This document shows positions 23,601 through 24,000 of a stretch of DNA of 24,000 nucleotides, in pieces. The stretch is taken from positions 93,848-117,847 of the forward strand of contig QMVG01000002.1 in the NCBI GenBank assembly GCA_003660975.1. The letters are read 5' to 3'. Source of the DNA: Candidatus Micrarchaeota archaeon. Its GTDB lineage: Archaea > B1Sed10-29 > B47-G15. Both the position numbers and the translations under genes were made by a program. Below the pieces are notes generated by a model. The model worked only from the letters and a program-made list of their open reading frames with translations. It made no database searches and was not told the DNA's origin. Positions within the stretch are counted from its first letter, which is position 1; the number at the start of each line of letters is the position of its first letter.

Positions 23601-23733
23601 GCTTGCTTTTGCAGTTCTGTGAATTTATTGTTGGTGAGATATTCGGTAGATGTCTAAAGTCCAGCTAGAGGCCGAATTTGGGCAGAGCGAAGCGTAGTTG
23701 TATGTCTGCTGTTATCTGAAGTCGCCAAAAAAC

Positions 23734-24000
23734 TTATTCTATTTCTTCTTTTATCCATAGTTTTTCACCTCTTACCCAATCAATAACTATTTGCTTGTAA
23801 TCGTCCTTTATTTTGTATATGTAATCTCTTTCTGCATGACTCCAGGAACTCTCTATAATGTCCTCTTTTTTCAACGGTTTTCTTCTCATTTTTAGACCTG
23901 CTCGTGCTCCAGCAATATCTCTACCCGTTATTTTTTTATCAATTCCTTCGGAAGGTTTTCTCTTCGCAATCTCATTCATCAAGAAGGTTACCTGTTTGCT
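23734..24000 (-). CDS. Hypothetical protein, probably N-terminally truncated by the window edge
   Basis: The ORF frame remains open from 23982 to the window end (SKQVTF precedes the TTG/ATG). The C-terminus is ...ERDYIYKIKDDYKQIVIDWVRGEKLWIKEEIE. No family recognised. Confidence 0.4.
   Translation of the reverse strand, partial: SKQVTFLMNEIAKRKPSEGIDKKITGRDIAGARAGLKMRRKPLKKEDIIESSWSHAERDYIYKIKDDYKQIVIDWVRGEKLWIKEEIE

Noticed and set aside
23631-23726. Plus-strand C/D-like reading: GGTGAGAT ... CTGA (23716-23719)
   Set aside because: The putative box C (GUGAGAU) breaks the essential positions. The span of about 96 nt is too long. The nucleotides flanking the boxes do not pair. The region is kept only as an unexplained structured spacer.
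1-24000. Search for CRISPR repeats, transposase or integrase genes, toxin-antitoxin pairs and known defence modules
   Set aside because: No regularly spaced direct repeats, no terminal inverted repeats and no recognisable nuclease/ATPase defence signatures were seen. The small ORF at the 3' edge (23734-24000) superficially looks toxin-sized, but it lacks motifs I can assign and is probably the tail of a longer gene.

Overview
This is a compact, AT-rich archaeal chromosomal window with K/E-rich proteins and almost no intergenic DNA. I saw no CRISPR array, transposase, integrase or recognisable defence gene.

**Plus strand, 1-3815.** The 3' part of a GINS51-like gene is followed by the conserved archaeal cluster L44e, S27e, aIF2-alpha, Nop10 and PAC2. 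Nop10 is a 48-codon gene missing from the ORF track. A PHP/Zn-ribbon endonuclease-Q-like gene comes next.

**3788-7777.** hisS lies on the minus strand and is preceded by only 19 nt by a tRNA-His(GUG) gene with a genome-encoded G-1. An AmmeMemoRadiSam-type radical SAM enzyme and an M18 aminopeptidase follow on the plus strand.

**7778-17414, the most interesting part.** A divergent pair (membrane protein and wHTH protein) sits upstream of a very large S-layer protein gene of 896 aa. That gene has Methanococcales/Thermococcales-type termini, its own promoter, a long 5' UTR and an oligo-T terminator. Immediately downstream is a six-gene, translationally coupled operon:
- a membrane-anchored unknown protein
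- a flippase-like UPF0104 membrane protein
- a small GT2 polyprenol-phosphate glycosyltransferase
- a small anchored unknown protein
- two tandem, unusually short STT3/AglB-like GT-C paralogues with non-canonical motifs

I read this as a candidate outer-face, lipid-linked sugar glycosylation module dedicated to the S-layer.

**Minus strand, 23494 down to 17378.** This is a tightly packed array: a Lys-rich unknown protein, Dph2, a Ca-type P-type ATPase, aRF1 and TruD. A 64-nt candidate C/D box sRNA lies 13 nt upstream of the first gene.

All family assignments come from motif recognition by eye. None has been checked by database search.
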